Part shown: positions 47,033 through 56,252 of the stretch, one piece after another
How the letters are laid out: the number at the start of each line of letters is the position of its first letter
Position numbering within the stretch: position 1 is the stretch's first letter
Source of the DNA: a virus
Reading direction: 5' to 3' (one strand)
Length of the DNA stretch: 64,000 bases
IMG/VR virus record: IMGVR_UViG_3300027798_000020
Span: 47,101-111,100 of that record
Made by a program: the position numbers and the translations under genes
The notes under the pieces: model-generated
Database searches by the model: none
What the model was told of the DNA's origin: nothing
What the model saw: the letters and a program-made list of their open reading frames with translations, nothing else

Positions 47033-48844
47033 ATGGACATAAAAAATATTATTGCAAGACTACGACAAATCAACGAAGCGTTGAGTTTGCAAGATGTGCA
47101 GGCAGCTGAAAAGCAGGCAATGGATGCGGCAGCGGCAAAGAAAAAATCAGGTGGATGGGGTGGATTTACTACTCTTGATCCAGTAACTGCCGGTAACGAT
47201 GCATTAGCGGCGTTGGCTGCAAAAAGTGGTTTGCCTGGACTGATGAACAGCAAAGGTGAATTTGTTGTTGCGCAAGGTGATGCAGAGTTTCATTCTAAGC
47301 CAAATAGTCCAAGAACAGCACCTCCTAACAGAGATGACACACTAGCATTACAAAAGCTAGGGTTGATTCCGGGCAATGCACAAGGTCCAAGTGGATTAGC
47401 AAACATGCTGACTAGAGGTGATGCTGAAAGAGAATTTCAAGCTAGTAAAACCGACTCTGCTAGAACTGGCGCAACTAACACTAGCAATGAATTTATAAAG
47501 AGACGCCTGGGTCAGCTTAAGAATCTAGTGGCTAGAATTAGATCAAAAGGTGCGGCAGCAGGTGGAGCAACACCCGGTGCTCCTGCGCAATCAGGTAAGT
47601 CTGTAATGAAGCCGCCAACTCAGGCCCAAACTCAAGGGTGGGATGTTCCGGGAGTTAACATAGTTAAAGAATCAATACATAGTTCACTATCAAATATATT
47701 AAAAGAAGAATTTGGATACGATCTAAGTGAAAAGGTAACCTTAGGCACTGGACCTGTTGTCCAACAAGACATAGGTAACGGTATAACTATCAATGCTGGT
47801 CAATACCAAAAAGAAGTAGCATTAATTAGAAAGATCATGGCTGAACTTGCAGATATTGATGATCCAGAAGTTATTGCCGCGTTACAAGATGCACAAGCCG
47901 CATTAGACGAATTAGCAAAAGGTTCCTCTGCAGGTGGTTCGGGCAGTGCAGGTGACAAAGAAAAAGATCGTGCTAGAATGAAAGAGCTTGTGGCTCTTAC
48001 TAAGAAGCCTCCAGTTAGTGATACTGACATGGAAGAATCAACTCAACCAAAATCATTAAGTGAAAGCATGGGTGCTATTAGAAATAAACTTCTGTTATTA
48101 GAAGCACCGTTGCCTGTTCCAGCAGGCGCAGGTCGTAACGCTATTGCTACACGCCCCAATTTACCTGCAAAACGTCCCGGTGCTGCCGACGATGTTATTG
48201 ATGTTGATGCTAGAGTAATTCCTAACAAATCGGGAATGAGTATGGGGCAAAAAGTTGCCATCGGTACCGGTGCTGTAGGTGCAGGGACTGCAGGTGTTAC
48301 TGCTCTCAACGGAGAAAAACCAGCTCGTGATCCAAACGGAGCATATCGTGGAGATAGAACTGACGTAAAACCTACTACTCCGGCCCGTGATCCAAACGGA
48401 GCATATCGTGGAGATAGAACTGACGTAAAACCTACTGCGGCTACAGGACCAACAACTGCGGCGCCAGCAGATGCGCCAGCACAGTCAGGTAAAGCCGCGG
48501 GTGCTGGTAGTGATTACACTATCGTTAAGGGTGACAATCTTACAAAGATCAGTAAAAAGTTTGGCGTAAGCATCCAAGACATTATGAAAGCCAATCCTTA
48601 CATTAAAGATCCAAACTTGATTTATGCAGGTAAGACTTTGAAAATTCCAGGTGGGGCAGCTGATCAAGGCGGCACTACTTCTGGAAGTGTTGGCGGTGGC
48701 AAAACTAATCTTACAAAATGGTATGCTAGCGAAATGGCAGAACTAGAGACACTTATCGGCAAGTATGCTAACGACCCAGAGATGGCTGACGATGTTAAAA
48801 CGGCAAAAGCTCAGTTAGACGCACTTAAAGCTACTGGACAATAA
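47033..48844 (+). CDS. LysM-domain modular protein
   Basis: YTIVKGDNLTKISKKFGVS...NPYIKDPNLIYAGKTLKIP; MDIKNIIARLRQINE leader. Confidence 0.8.
   Translation: MDIKNIIARLRQINEALSLQDVQAAEKQAMDAAAAKKKSGGWGGFTTLDPVTAGNDALAALAAKSGLPGLMNSKGEFVVAQGDAEFHSKPNSPRTAPPNRDDTLALQKLGLIPGNAQGPSGLANMLTRGDAEREFQASKTDSARTGATNTSNEFIKRRLGQLKNLVARIRSKGAAAGGATPGAPAQSGKSVMKPPTQAQTQGWDVPGVNIVKESIHSSLSNILKEEFGYDLSEKVTLGTGPVVQQDIGNGITINAGQYQKEVALIRKIMAELADIDDPEVIAALQDAQAALDELAKGSSAGGSGSAGDKEKDRARMKELVALTKKPPVSDTDMEESTQPKSLSESMGAIRNKLLLLEAPLPVPAGAGRNAIATRPNLPAKRPGAADDVIDVDARVIPNKSGMSMGQKVAIGTGAVGAGTAGVTALNGEKPARDPNGAYRGDRTDVKPTTPARDPNGAYRGDRTDVKPTAATGPTTAAPADAPAQSGKAAGAGSDYTIVKGDNLTKISKKFGVSIQDIMKANPYIKDPNLIYAGKTLKIPGGAADQGGTTSGSVGGGKTNLTKWYASEMAELETLIGKYANDPEMADDVKTAKAQLDALKATGQ
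48326..48436 (+). repeat. Tandem duplication, 51 bp identical, 60-bp period
   Basis: CGTGATCCAAACGG...CCTACT at 48326 and 48386 (RDPNGAYRGDRTDVKPT x2). Confidence 0.9.
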
Positions 48845-48858
48845 TTTTATCCACTCCT

Positions 48859-48889
48859 AAAATGGCAGACTAAGTCTGCCATTTTTTTT
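48859..48889 (+). terminator. Intrinsic terminator
   Basis: AAAATGGCAGAC-taa-GTCTGCCATTTT followed by T-run. Confidence 0.9.
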
Positions 48890-48899
48890 GATTTAGCTA

Positions 48900-48928
48900 T
48901 TGACTATGCAGTATAACTAGTGTATACT
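48900..48928 (+). promoter_or_regulatory. sigma70 promoter
   Basis: TTGACT-17 bp-TATACT; SD AAGGAG before ATG 48950. Confidence 0.75.
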
Positions 48929-48949
48929 ACATCTATCAAGGAGATTACT

Positions 48950-49207
48950 ATGTCAGGTCGTTCCTACGGAGCAGAAGAAAAAGCCAAACTTGAAAGACTT
49001 ATTGCAGAAGGCAGTACAGTACTTCGAGAAATTGAAGATCTATCAGAAGGTCTAAAAGAAACTGTTAAAGCAGTAGCAGAAGAATTACAACTAAAACCAA
49101 GTATTATTAATCGTGCAATTAAAATTGCGCATAAAGGTAATTGGTCTGATCACAATGCAGACTGGGCAGAAATTGAAGCAATCTTAGATATTACTAAGCG
49201 GATCTAA
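48950..49207 (+). CDS. T4 DsbA-like dsDNA-binding protein
   Basis: Small helical protein LKETVKAVAEELQLKPSIINRAIKIAHK next to the polymerase. Confidence 0.55.
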   Translation: MSGRSYGAEEKAKLERLIAEGSTVLREIEDLSEGLKETVKAVAEELQLKPSIINRAIKIAHKGNWSDHNADWAEIEAILDITKRI

Positions 49208-49500
49208 TGACTCATTTTTTGTCAAACGTTTTTAAATGGGCTAAAACAGATTTTAATGAGTGGCCAACTCGATTTGTTTTAGAAATTACTGCATGGTTTA
49301 TGAGTCTCGGGTGTTCGCTAGTACTCGCGGCAGGTGCTACTGATCCGTTGTTTATTTGGCTCTATCCAATCTTTATACTTCAATGTGCAATATTTGGATG
49401 GGCGGCATGGACTCGCAAAAGTACAGGCATGGTAGCTAACTATCTATTGTTAGTCACTATTGATTGTATCGGCTATGTTAGACTAATAAATAATATATGA
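49207..49500 (+). CDS. Small membrane protein (3 TM)
   Basis: Three hydrophobic segments. Confidence 0.7.
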   Translation: MTHFLSNVFKWAKTDFNEWPTRFVLEITAWFMSLGCSLVLAAGATDPLFIWLYPIFILQCAIFGWAAWTRKSTGMVANYLLLVTIDCIGYVRLINNI

Positions 49501-49504
49501 GTAA

Positions 49505-49563
49505 GGTTTGATCAGCCACAAATGATCACATTGGTATTTGCAAGCCTAAAATTGCATAGGAGA
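49505..49563 (+). promoter_or_regulatory. Twin hairpin/pseudoknot leader of the DNA polymerase gene (candidate translational operator)
   Basis: TGATCA-GCCACAAA-TGATCA and TGCAA-GCCTAAAA-TTGCA, each preceded by GGT, abutting SD AGGAG. Confidence 0.6.
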
Positions 49564-49568
49564 AAAAT

Positions 49569-52235
49569 TTGAGTTATGTAGACGCATGGTTCAACCGTGA
49601 TGAAGATGTCATCAAGATTGTTGAACGAAATAAGAAAGGTGAGCGGGAGTACAAAGACTATCCTGTTAAACACACTTTCTACTATAAAGACCCTAAGGGC
49701 AAACATCAATCAATTTACGGAGATCCACTTAGCAGGATTGTCTGTAAGAACACTAAAGAACTACGCAAAGAACAAGCTATCAATTCAGGTAAGCAATTAT
49801 TTGAAGCTGATATCAATCCTATCTTTGTATGTTTAAGTGAACACTATCTAAATCAAGATGCTCCAAAACTAAACGTGGCGTTTTGGGATATTGAGGTGGA
49901 CTTTGATCCAGAACGTGGCTATGCATCACCAGATGATGCGTTTATGCCAATTACTGCCATCGCTGTCCACCTACAATGGTTAGATACCCTTGTATGTTTA
50001 GCTGTGCCTCCTAAGACTATGACAATGGAGCAGGCCAAAGAAGCCGTTGCTGAATTTCCTAATACATATCTATTTGCAAAAGAATCAGAGATGTTAGACA
50101 TGTTCTTGGATTTAATTCAAGATGCTGACATTCTAAGCGGTTGGAACAGTGAAGGCTTTGATATGCCCTATACTGTAAATCGTATTACTAAAGCATTAAG
50201 CAAAGAAGATACACGTAGACTGTGTTTGTTTAACCAATTTCCAAAAAGACGAGAATACGAAAAGTTTGGACGAGATTCTGTAACCTTTGACCTGTTAGGG
50301 CGGGTACACTTAGATAGTCTTGAATTGTATCGCAAGTACACATATGAAGAGAGACATAGTTATCGATTGGATGCTATTGCAGAATATGAACTTGATGAGC
50401 GTAAGACTCCGTATGAGGGGTCGTTAGATCAACTTTATAATCATGACTTTAAAAAGTTTATTGAATATAACAGACAAGATACGGCACTGCTAGACAAACT
50501 AGATAAAAAGTTAAAGTTTATTGACCTTGCCAACACACTGGCACACGAATGTACTGTGTTACTACAGACTACAATGGGTGCTGTGGCTGTAACCGAACAG
50601 GCTATCATTAACGAAGCACACCGCAGAGGTTTCCAAGTTCCTAACAGAACTAAAATGGACGAACGAGAAGACAGTCAAGCGGCTGGTGCGTATGTTGCCT
50701 ATCCTAAAGAAGGCATTCACGATTGGATTGGATCACTAGACATTAACAGTCTGTACCCAAGTGCCATTCGTGCGCTTAACATGGGACCGGAAACTATTAT
50801 TGGCCAGTTACGCCCAACTATGACAGATGAATACATTCAGGCGCACCTTGCCAAAGGCAAATCGTTTGCGGCTGCGTGGGAAGGTATGTTTGGCTCATTA
50901 GAGTACACTGCGGTCATGAATGAAGAAATTGGAACAGAGATTGCCATTGATTGGCAAGATGGTTCTAGTGACAATCTAAGTGCAGCCGAAGTATATAAAT
51001 TAATTTTCGACAGTCATCAACCTTGGGTATTAAGTGCCAATGGAACTATCTTTACCTACGAGAAAGAAGGTATTATTCCTGGTTTGTTAAAACGTTGGTA
51101 TGCTGAACGTAAAGAGATGCAGGCCAAACTAAAAGAATGTATTGCGGCAGGAAACAAAGTAGAAGAAGAATACTGGGACAAGCGACAACTAGTTAAGAAG
51201 ATTAACTTGAATAGTTTGTACGGTGCTATTTTGAATCCAGGATGCAGATTCTTTGATAACAGAATTGGCCAATCAACAACATTAACCGGACGTGCTATTG
51301 CCAAACATATGGCTAGTAAGGTAAACGAAATTGTAACAGGCGAATTTAATCATATAGGCAAAGCTATTATCTACGGTGATACTGATTCGTGTTACTTTAG
51401 TGCATATAAGACATTAGAAAATGAAATTAATGCAGGGCAATTGCCATGGACCAAAGAAAGTGTAGTTCAACTATACGACCAAATCGGTGAAGAAGTTAAC
51501 TCAACATTCCCACAGTTTATGTTAGATGCGTTCCATTGCCCGAAAGCACGTGGTGAAGTTATTAAGGCAGGGCGAGAAATTGTTGCCAGCAAAGGCCTGT
51601 TTATTACTAAGAAACGTTATGCAGTCCTTTACTATGATAAAGAAGGAAAACGTACAGATGTAGATGGCAAGCCAGGCAAGATCAAAGCTATGGGCCTTGA
51701 CCTAAAGCGTAGTGATACTCCAGAATTTATTCAAAACTTTTTAAGTGATGTTCTTGAGAAGGTCTTAACTGGCGCTACTGAAGAAGATGTACTTAATCAC
51801 ATTAGTGAATTTAGATTAAAATTCAAAAGCAGACCTGGTTGGGAAAAAGGCAGTCCAAAACGTGCTAACAAGATTACTGAGTATCAAGAAAAAGAACGCA
51901 AAGCTGGAAAAGCAAACATGCCAGGACACGTTCGTGCCAGTATTAATTGGAATACGTTAAAAAGAATGATGGGAGACAAATACTCAATGGGTATTACTGA
52001 TGGGGCTAAGGTTATTGTATGTAAACTTAAACAAAATCCTATTGGCTTTACATCTGTTGCGTATCCAGTTGACGAGCTGAGGTTGCCGCAATGGTTTAAA
52101 GATTTGCCATTTGATCATGCAGAAATGGAACAGACTATTATAGATAATAAGTTGTCCAACTTGATCGGAGTTCTTCATTGGGATGTTACTAGCACTGAAG
52201 AAAAAAATACCTTTAACAGTTTATTCGAGTTTTAA
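49569..52235 (+). CDS. Family B DNA polymerase (T4 gp43-like)
   Basis: Exo DIEV, GWNSEGFD, YN..D; pol DINSLYPS, KKINLNSLYG, YGDTDS, KKRY; TTG start with SD. Confidence 0.95.
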   Translation: MSYVDAWFNRDEDVIKIVERNKKGEREYKDYPVKHTFYYKDPKGKHQSIYGDPLSRIVCKNTKELRKEQAINSGKQLFEADINPIFVCLSEHYLNQDAPKLNVAFWDIEVDFDPERGYASPDDAFMPITAIAVHLQWLDTLVCLAVPPKTMTMEQAKEAVAEFPNTYLFAKESEMLDMFLDLIQDADILSGWNSEGFDMPYTVNRITKALSKEDTRRLCLFNQFPKRREYEKFGRDSVTFDLLGRVHLDSLELYRKYTYEERHSYRLDAIAEYELDERKTPYEGSLDQLYNHDFKKFIEYNRQDTALLDKLDKKLKFIDLANTLAHECTVLLQTTMGAVAVTEQAIINEAHRRGFQVPNRTKMDEREDSQAAGAYVAYPKEGIHDWIGSLDINSLYPSAIRALNMGPETIIGQLRPTMTDEYIQAHLAKGKSFAAAWEGMFGSLEYTAVMNEEIGTEIAIDWQDGSSDNLSAAEVYKLIFDSHQPWVLSANGTIFTYEKEGIIPGLLKRWYAERKEMQAKLKECIAAGNKVEEEYWDKRQLVKKINLNSLYGAILNPGCRFFDNRIGQSTTLTGRAIAKHMASKVNEIVTGEFNHIGKAIIYGDTDSCYFSAYKTLENEINAGQLPWTKESVVQLYDQIGEEVNSTFPQFMLDAFHCPKARGEVIKAGREIVASKGLFITKKRYAVLYYDKEGKRTDVDGKPGKIKAMGLDLKRSDTPEFIQNFLSDVLEKVLTGATEEDVLNHISEFRLKFKSRPGWEKGSPKRANKITEYQEKERKAGKANMPGHVRASINWNTLKRMMGDKYSMGITDGAKVIVCKLKQNPIGFTSVAYPVDELRLPQWFKDLPFDHAEMEQTIIDNKLSNLIGVLHWDVTSTEEKNTFNSLFEF

Positions 52236-52236
52236 T

Positions 52237-53010
52237 ATGAAAATAATTATTGCAGGTTACGGATTTGTTGGCAAGGCGGTCACTAATGCTATTAAAACAA
52301 AACATGAAATAGTAATAGTGGATCCAGTGTGCAGTGAAAATACAATTAAAGATCATCACGATGCAGATGGTATTATTGTTTGCGTATCTACACCTAATAC
52401 AGATGGCGGGTTTTGTGACCCATCAAATATTATTAATGTACTGGATCAAGTACCTGTGTTTATGCCAATTCTAATAAAAAGCACAGTAAGTCCGGGCGTA
52501 GTAGATGTTATAACAGAAATGTTTACTGACCATAGTATAGTGTATAGTCCAGAATTTTTACGTGCTCGTAGTGCCAATATTGATTTTTTAAATCAAAAAT
52601 ACGTTATCCTCGGTGGGGAAGATCCTGAATGTTTTTGGCAGGAACTATTTTTAGGCACACTGCCAAATTGTAAAATAGCGTTCAATTGTACCGCTAAAGA
52701 ATCAATGTTAATAAAATATTCTGTGAATAGTTTTTTAGCACTGAAGACCAGCTTCTTTAATCAGATATATGATATCTGCCAAAAGGAAGATTTAAATTTT
52801 GATGCTGTTAGACACCTGATTAGTCAGGATCAACGGATAGGTAGTGATCACACTATGGTGCCTGGACCAGATGGAATGCGAGGATGGGGAGGGCATTGTT
52901 TCCCTAAAGATACAGATGCATTTACGTATTGGGCAGACCAAATTGGGGAATCGGCTACACTTGTTAAAACGGCAATAGAATATAACAAAAAAGTAAGAAA
53001 AACCTCTTGA
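52237..53010 (+). CDS. UDP-glucose/GDP-mannose dehydrogenase family protein (short form)
   Basis: GYGFVG, CVSTP, IKSTV.PG, SPEFL, K...NSFLA, GWGGHCFPKD. Confidence 0.85.
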   Translation: MKIIIAGYGFVGKAVTNAIKTKHEIVIVDPVCSENTIKDHHDADGIIVCVSTPNTDGGFCDPSNIINVLDQVPVFMPILIKSTVSPGVVDVITEMFTDHSIVYSPEFLRARSANIDFLNQKYVILGGEDPECFWQELFLGTLPNCKIAFNCTAKESMLIKYSVNSFLALKTSFFNQIYDICQKEDLNFDAVRHLISQDQRIGSDHTMVPGPDGMRGWGGHCFPKDTDAFTYWADQIGESATLVKTAIEYNKKVRKTS

Positions 53011-53035
53011 CTTTTACCACAAACCTAAATATAAT
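53007..53035 (+). promoter_or_regulatory. Overlapping sigma70 and late promoters
   Basis: TTGACT-17 bp-TATAAT with TAAATA at 53026. Confidence 0.7.
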
Positions 53036-53055
53036 AGATAAACATGGAGAATCAT

Positions 53056-53787
53056 ATGAAAGATATTTTACAAGACCTAGTTGCACACACGCATAGTCTA
53101 GGATTTTTACCGCTAGTTAAAATTAGCGGAAGTGACTCGGATACAGTAATCGAGTCAATGGCAGAGGATCGGTCTGTTGTAGTTAACGCTAAAACCCACA
53201 CCGCAGTTCCTGCATTTGAAGGTACATTTGGTATGCCTAACTTGGATAAACTCAGTATTCATTTAAGATGTCCTGAATACAAAGAGGGTGCAGAAATTGA
53301 TGTTGTCAGACAGAATAGAAACGGTGACGATATTCCTACAGGTATCCACTTTAAAAACAAAGAAGGGGACTTTGTTAATGACTATAGATTTATGAACTCA
53401 GAAATCATTAACGAAAAACTTAAGACTGTAAAGTTTAAAGGTGCCAAGTGGGATATTGAATTTCAACCTAACGTGTCTAGTATTCAAAGATTGAAGTTCC
53501 AGGCACAAGCACACAGTGAAGAGCCAGTATTCCAAGTAACTACTAAAGGTGATGACCTAGTGTTTAGCTTTGGTGATGCCAGCACACACGCAGGTAGCTT
53601 TACCTTCCAAGCAGGGGTTACAGGCAAGCTAAAACAAACATGGTCATGGCCAGTCCAACAGGTTATGAGTATTCTTAATCTAGACGGTGACAAGACTATG
53701 CGTATTGCAGATGTTGGTGCATTGCAAATTACAGTCGACAGCGGCATGGCTGAATACAACTATACACTACCAGCTCAAAGCAAATAA
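53056..53787 (+). CDS. Probable sliding clamp (gp45/PCNA-like)
   Basis: About 243 aa, alternating alpha/beta pattern, FGMPNL..L and terminal Y.Y.LPA; near polymerase, clamp loader in window; weak motif evidence. Confidence 0.5.
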   Translation: MKDILQDLVAHTHSLGFLPLVKISGSDSDTVIESMAEDRSVVVNAKTHTAVPAFEGTFGMPNLDKLSIHLRCPEYKEGAEIDVVRQNRNGDDIPTGIHFKNKEGDFVNDYRFMNSEIINEKLKTVKFKGAKWDIEFQPNVSSIQRLKFQAQAHSEEPVFQVTTKGDDLVFSFGDASTHAGSFTFQAGVTGKLKQTWSWPVQQVMSILNLDGDKTMRIADVGALQITVDSGMAEYNYTLPAQSK

Positions 53788-55487
53788 TGAATAAAAACTT
53801 AACAGCTACTCAACACGACTATGCTGTGTTTTTGCCAGCAACTTCAGGATTCTATGCTACATTTATCGGCAAGCAACGGCACGGAAATTATGTAGATCCT
53901 GCACGTATTCCTAGCGTGTGGGGTGCTGGTATGGAAAGTCTAAACTATTTAGAACCTGAAAAGGGAGAATTCTACTATAAGTGGTGTCTCTATTCAGCAG
54001 GTCACGCTAACTTAGATCTTACTAAGAAAGACGATAGTGAAGATATGTTCCGTAATAGAGACCGTAGTACAAGTTGGGTACTAGGCGACTCAGGCGGATT
54101 CCAGATTGGTAAAGGTGTTTGGGAAGGTGAGTGGCGAGATCCAACTGGGCCAGAAGTAAAGGCTATGATGGCTGAAGCTGTTGCCAAAGGTATTGAACTA
54201 GTACCAGTCATTGACCCCACTGGTAATCATGCTATGGATAAGAAAGGCAACCTTAAATACACTAAGGTTGATCATGTAAAGCAGTATCAAGCAAGACTAG
54301 ATGCGGCTCATAAAAAGCGTACACAGGTATTAACCTGGATGGATACACTTATGGATTACGGCATGGTGCTTGATATTCCTGCGTGGGTTGAACGTAGTCC
54401 TGTTGGGCGTAAAGCTACGGGGATCGAATCATATGATCAAGCTGTAGAAGCAACCAAATACAACAACGAGTATTGGATCAAACATCGCACTGGTGCTTGT
54501 AAGTTCTTAAATGTTCTGCAAGGTGAAACACACAAACAAGCCGATGATTGGTATAGTAAGATGAAAGACTTTTGCGATCCTAAAGTCTACGGCGACAAGG
54601 CGTTCAACGGCTGGGCTATGGGTGGGCAGAATATGTGTGACATCCATTTGGTATTAAAAAGATTAGTAGCATTGAAGTTTGACGGACTCCTTGAAAAGGG
54701 TCATCAAGACTGGATGCACTTCCTGGGCACCTCTAAGTTAGAGTGGGCAACTTTATTAACTGATATTCAACGAGCAGTGAGAAAATACCATAATGAAAAC
54801 TTTACCATATCTTTTGACTGCGCCTCACCGTTTCTGGCAACAGCAAACGGACAAATCTACATCCAAACTGAACTCGAAGATAGAACAAAATGGGTCTATC
54901 GCATGGTGCCATCTGCTGATGACAAAAAGTACGCAACAGACACAAGACTGTTCAAAGACGCAGTCATCCAAGACAGAGTTTTTGCAAACTTTGAATCAAG
55001 TCCCCTTATCGATCAGTGCCAAATAAAAGATGTTTGTATATACAATCCGGGCGACCTAAATAAGATTGGTAAGGAAGGCAGGACGTCATGGGATTCGTTT
55101 AGCTATGCTATTCAAATGGGTCATAACGTATATGCTCACTTGAACGCTGTTCAACGTGCTAATCAAGCATACGATAACGGCAAGGTTCCGGCTATGCTAG
55201 TACAAGAAAAGTTCGATCGTGTCTATTTTAGAGATGTAGTTGATGCCATTTTCTCTACACCTAATCGTGCAGATGCAGAATTGATCATTGAGTCGTTTGA
55301 TAAATTTTGGCAGTCTATTATTGGCACACGTGGTGCTACTGGTAAGAAAACAGTTAACGCGGCAACACAATTTGCCAATCTGTTTGACTTTGAAGAAGAA
55401 ACCACTGTACAATTAGAGCACTCCGAAGAATTTAGTGAAGAAGAAGAACAATTATTAGACCAGCTAGAATTACAGGTAAAAGAATGA
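53787..55487 (+). CDS. dpdA: TGT-superfamily DNA 7-deazaguanine transglycosylase (DpdA-like)
   Basis: TGT signature DSGGFQ, plus MVLDIP, NVLQG, GWAMGG, HFLG, SFDCAS; queD and folE in window. Confidence 0.75.
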   Translation: MNKNLTATQHDYAVFLPATSGFYATFIGKQRHGNYVDPARIPSVWGAGMESLNYLEPEKGEFYYKWCLYSAGHANLDLTKKDDSEDMFRNRDRSTSWVLGDSGGFQIGKGVWEGEWRDPTGPEVKAMMAEAVAKGIELVPVIDPTGNHAMDKKGNLKYTKVDHVKQYQARLDAAHKKRTQVLTWMDTLMDYGMVLDIPAWVERSPVGRKATGIESYDQAVEATKYNNEYWIKHRTGACKFLNVLQGETHKQADDWYSKMKDFCDPKVYGDKAFNGWAMGGQNMCDIHLVLKRLVALKFDGLLEKGHQDWMHFLGTSKLEWATLLTDIQRAVRKYHNENFTISFDCASPFLATANGQIYIQTELEDRTKWVYRMVPSADDKKYATDTRLFKDAVIQDRVFANFESSPLIDQCQIKDVCIYNPGDLNKIGKEGRTSWDSFSYAIQMGHNVYAHLNAVQRANQAYDNGKVPAMLVQEKFDRVYFRDVVDAIFSTPNRADAELIIESFDKFWQSIIGTRGATGKKTVNAATQFANLFDFEEETTVQLEHSEEFSEEEEQLLDQLELQVKE

Positions 55488-55744
55488 CACTCCCCGACGA
55501 AAGATATCGTGCAGTAAAAATGGCTCGCCAGTTTTTGCAAGAACTAATGGATCCGCAAAAGACTCCTAAGGTTCCTGCAATTATACGCAGTCAAGCTAGA
55601 GGTGTATTACGCCACTATCCCAGTGATTGGGATATGATGCAGGTCTGTGAAGCTAGTCCACATATATTTCAAACACAAATGGAAGATGTTACTAGATTAT
55701 TTAGGCGGTACGAGCAAGCAAAGGACAAAAAAGATGAAGCGTAA
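55484..55744 (+). CDS. Small phage protein
   Basis: MTLPDERYRAV...RHYP motif; coupled. Confidence 0.7.
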   Translation: MTLPDERYRAVKMARQFLQELMDPQKTPKVPAIIRSQARGVLRHYPSDWDMMQVCEASPHIFQTQMEDVTRLFRRYEQAKDKKDEA

Positions 55745-56252
55745 TTACAATGATGGAGTTACTACGGGAGTAAACTTTTTTGTTGGCACTGAAATTGAAC
55801 ATACTCCTGCGTTTGGAAAATTAAGTTTGTTTGTTGTAGGAGTACACCCTTGCAATGCTATAGAAGAATTCTTTAAAGATAAAGAATGTAAGCATATTTT
55901 CTTTGGTGCTAATCATAGTTTTAATCCACGGACCTATGAAGAACACAAAGCATGGGAAGAAATGATCTTTTATTTCCTTAAAAAAGGTGTTCTATGCTCC
56001 TTAGATATTCCGTTTAATCAAATTGAAGAATTTCACGAAAGCGGTTATTGTGAGTATGATAACTTTATTCCGCAAATACGTGTGCCAATTCCATATATTA
56101 AATTATGGAACTATAATACAATGCTTAAAATTGATGACAAGGATTTTAAAGCAACAAACCCAGGTGTGTGGTCCCACAGTCTGCACTCACTTATGGATCG
56201 TAAAAACTTCACAGACTGGTCACAATATAACAATGACGAGATTGTACAATGA
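55734..56252 (+). CDS. Hypothetical protein in deazaguanine locus
   Basis: Start at ATG 55734 overlapping upstream ORF; FFVGTEIEHTPAFG..SLFVVG, HIFFGAN. Confidence 0.65.
   Translation: MKRNYNDGVTTGVNFFVGTEIEHTPAFGKLSLFVVGVHPCNAIEEFFKDKECKHIFFGANHSFNPRTYEEHKAWEEMIFYFLKKGVLCSLDIPFNQIEEFHESGYCEYDNFIPQIRVPIPYIKLWNYNTMLKIDDKDFKATNPGVWSHSLHSLMDRKNFTDWSQYNNDEIVQ

Noticed and set aside
49569-52235. Intein or split in the DNA polymerase
   Set aside because: 888 aa with normally spaced motifs and no intein signatures
53787-55487. Canonical tRNA-guanine transglycosylase (queuosine tRNA pathway)
   Set aside because: Lacks the CxCxxC Zn site of bacterial Tgt, is much longer and sits among replication genes; a DNA-acting DpdA fits better but is unproven
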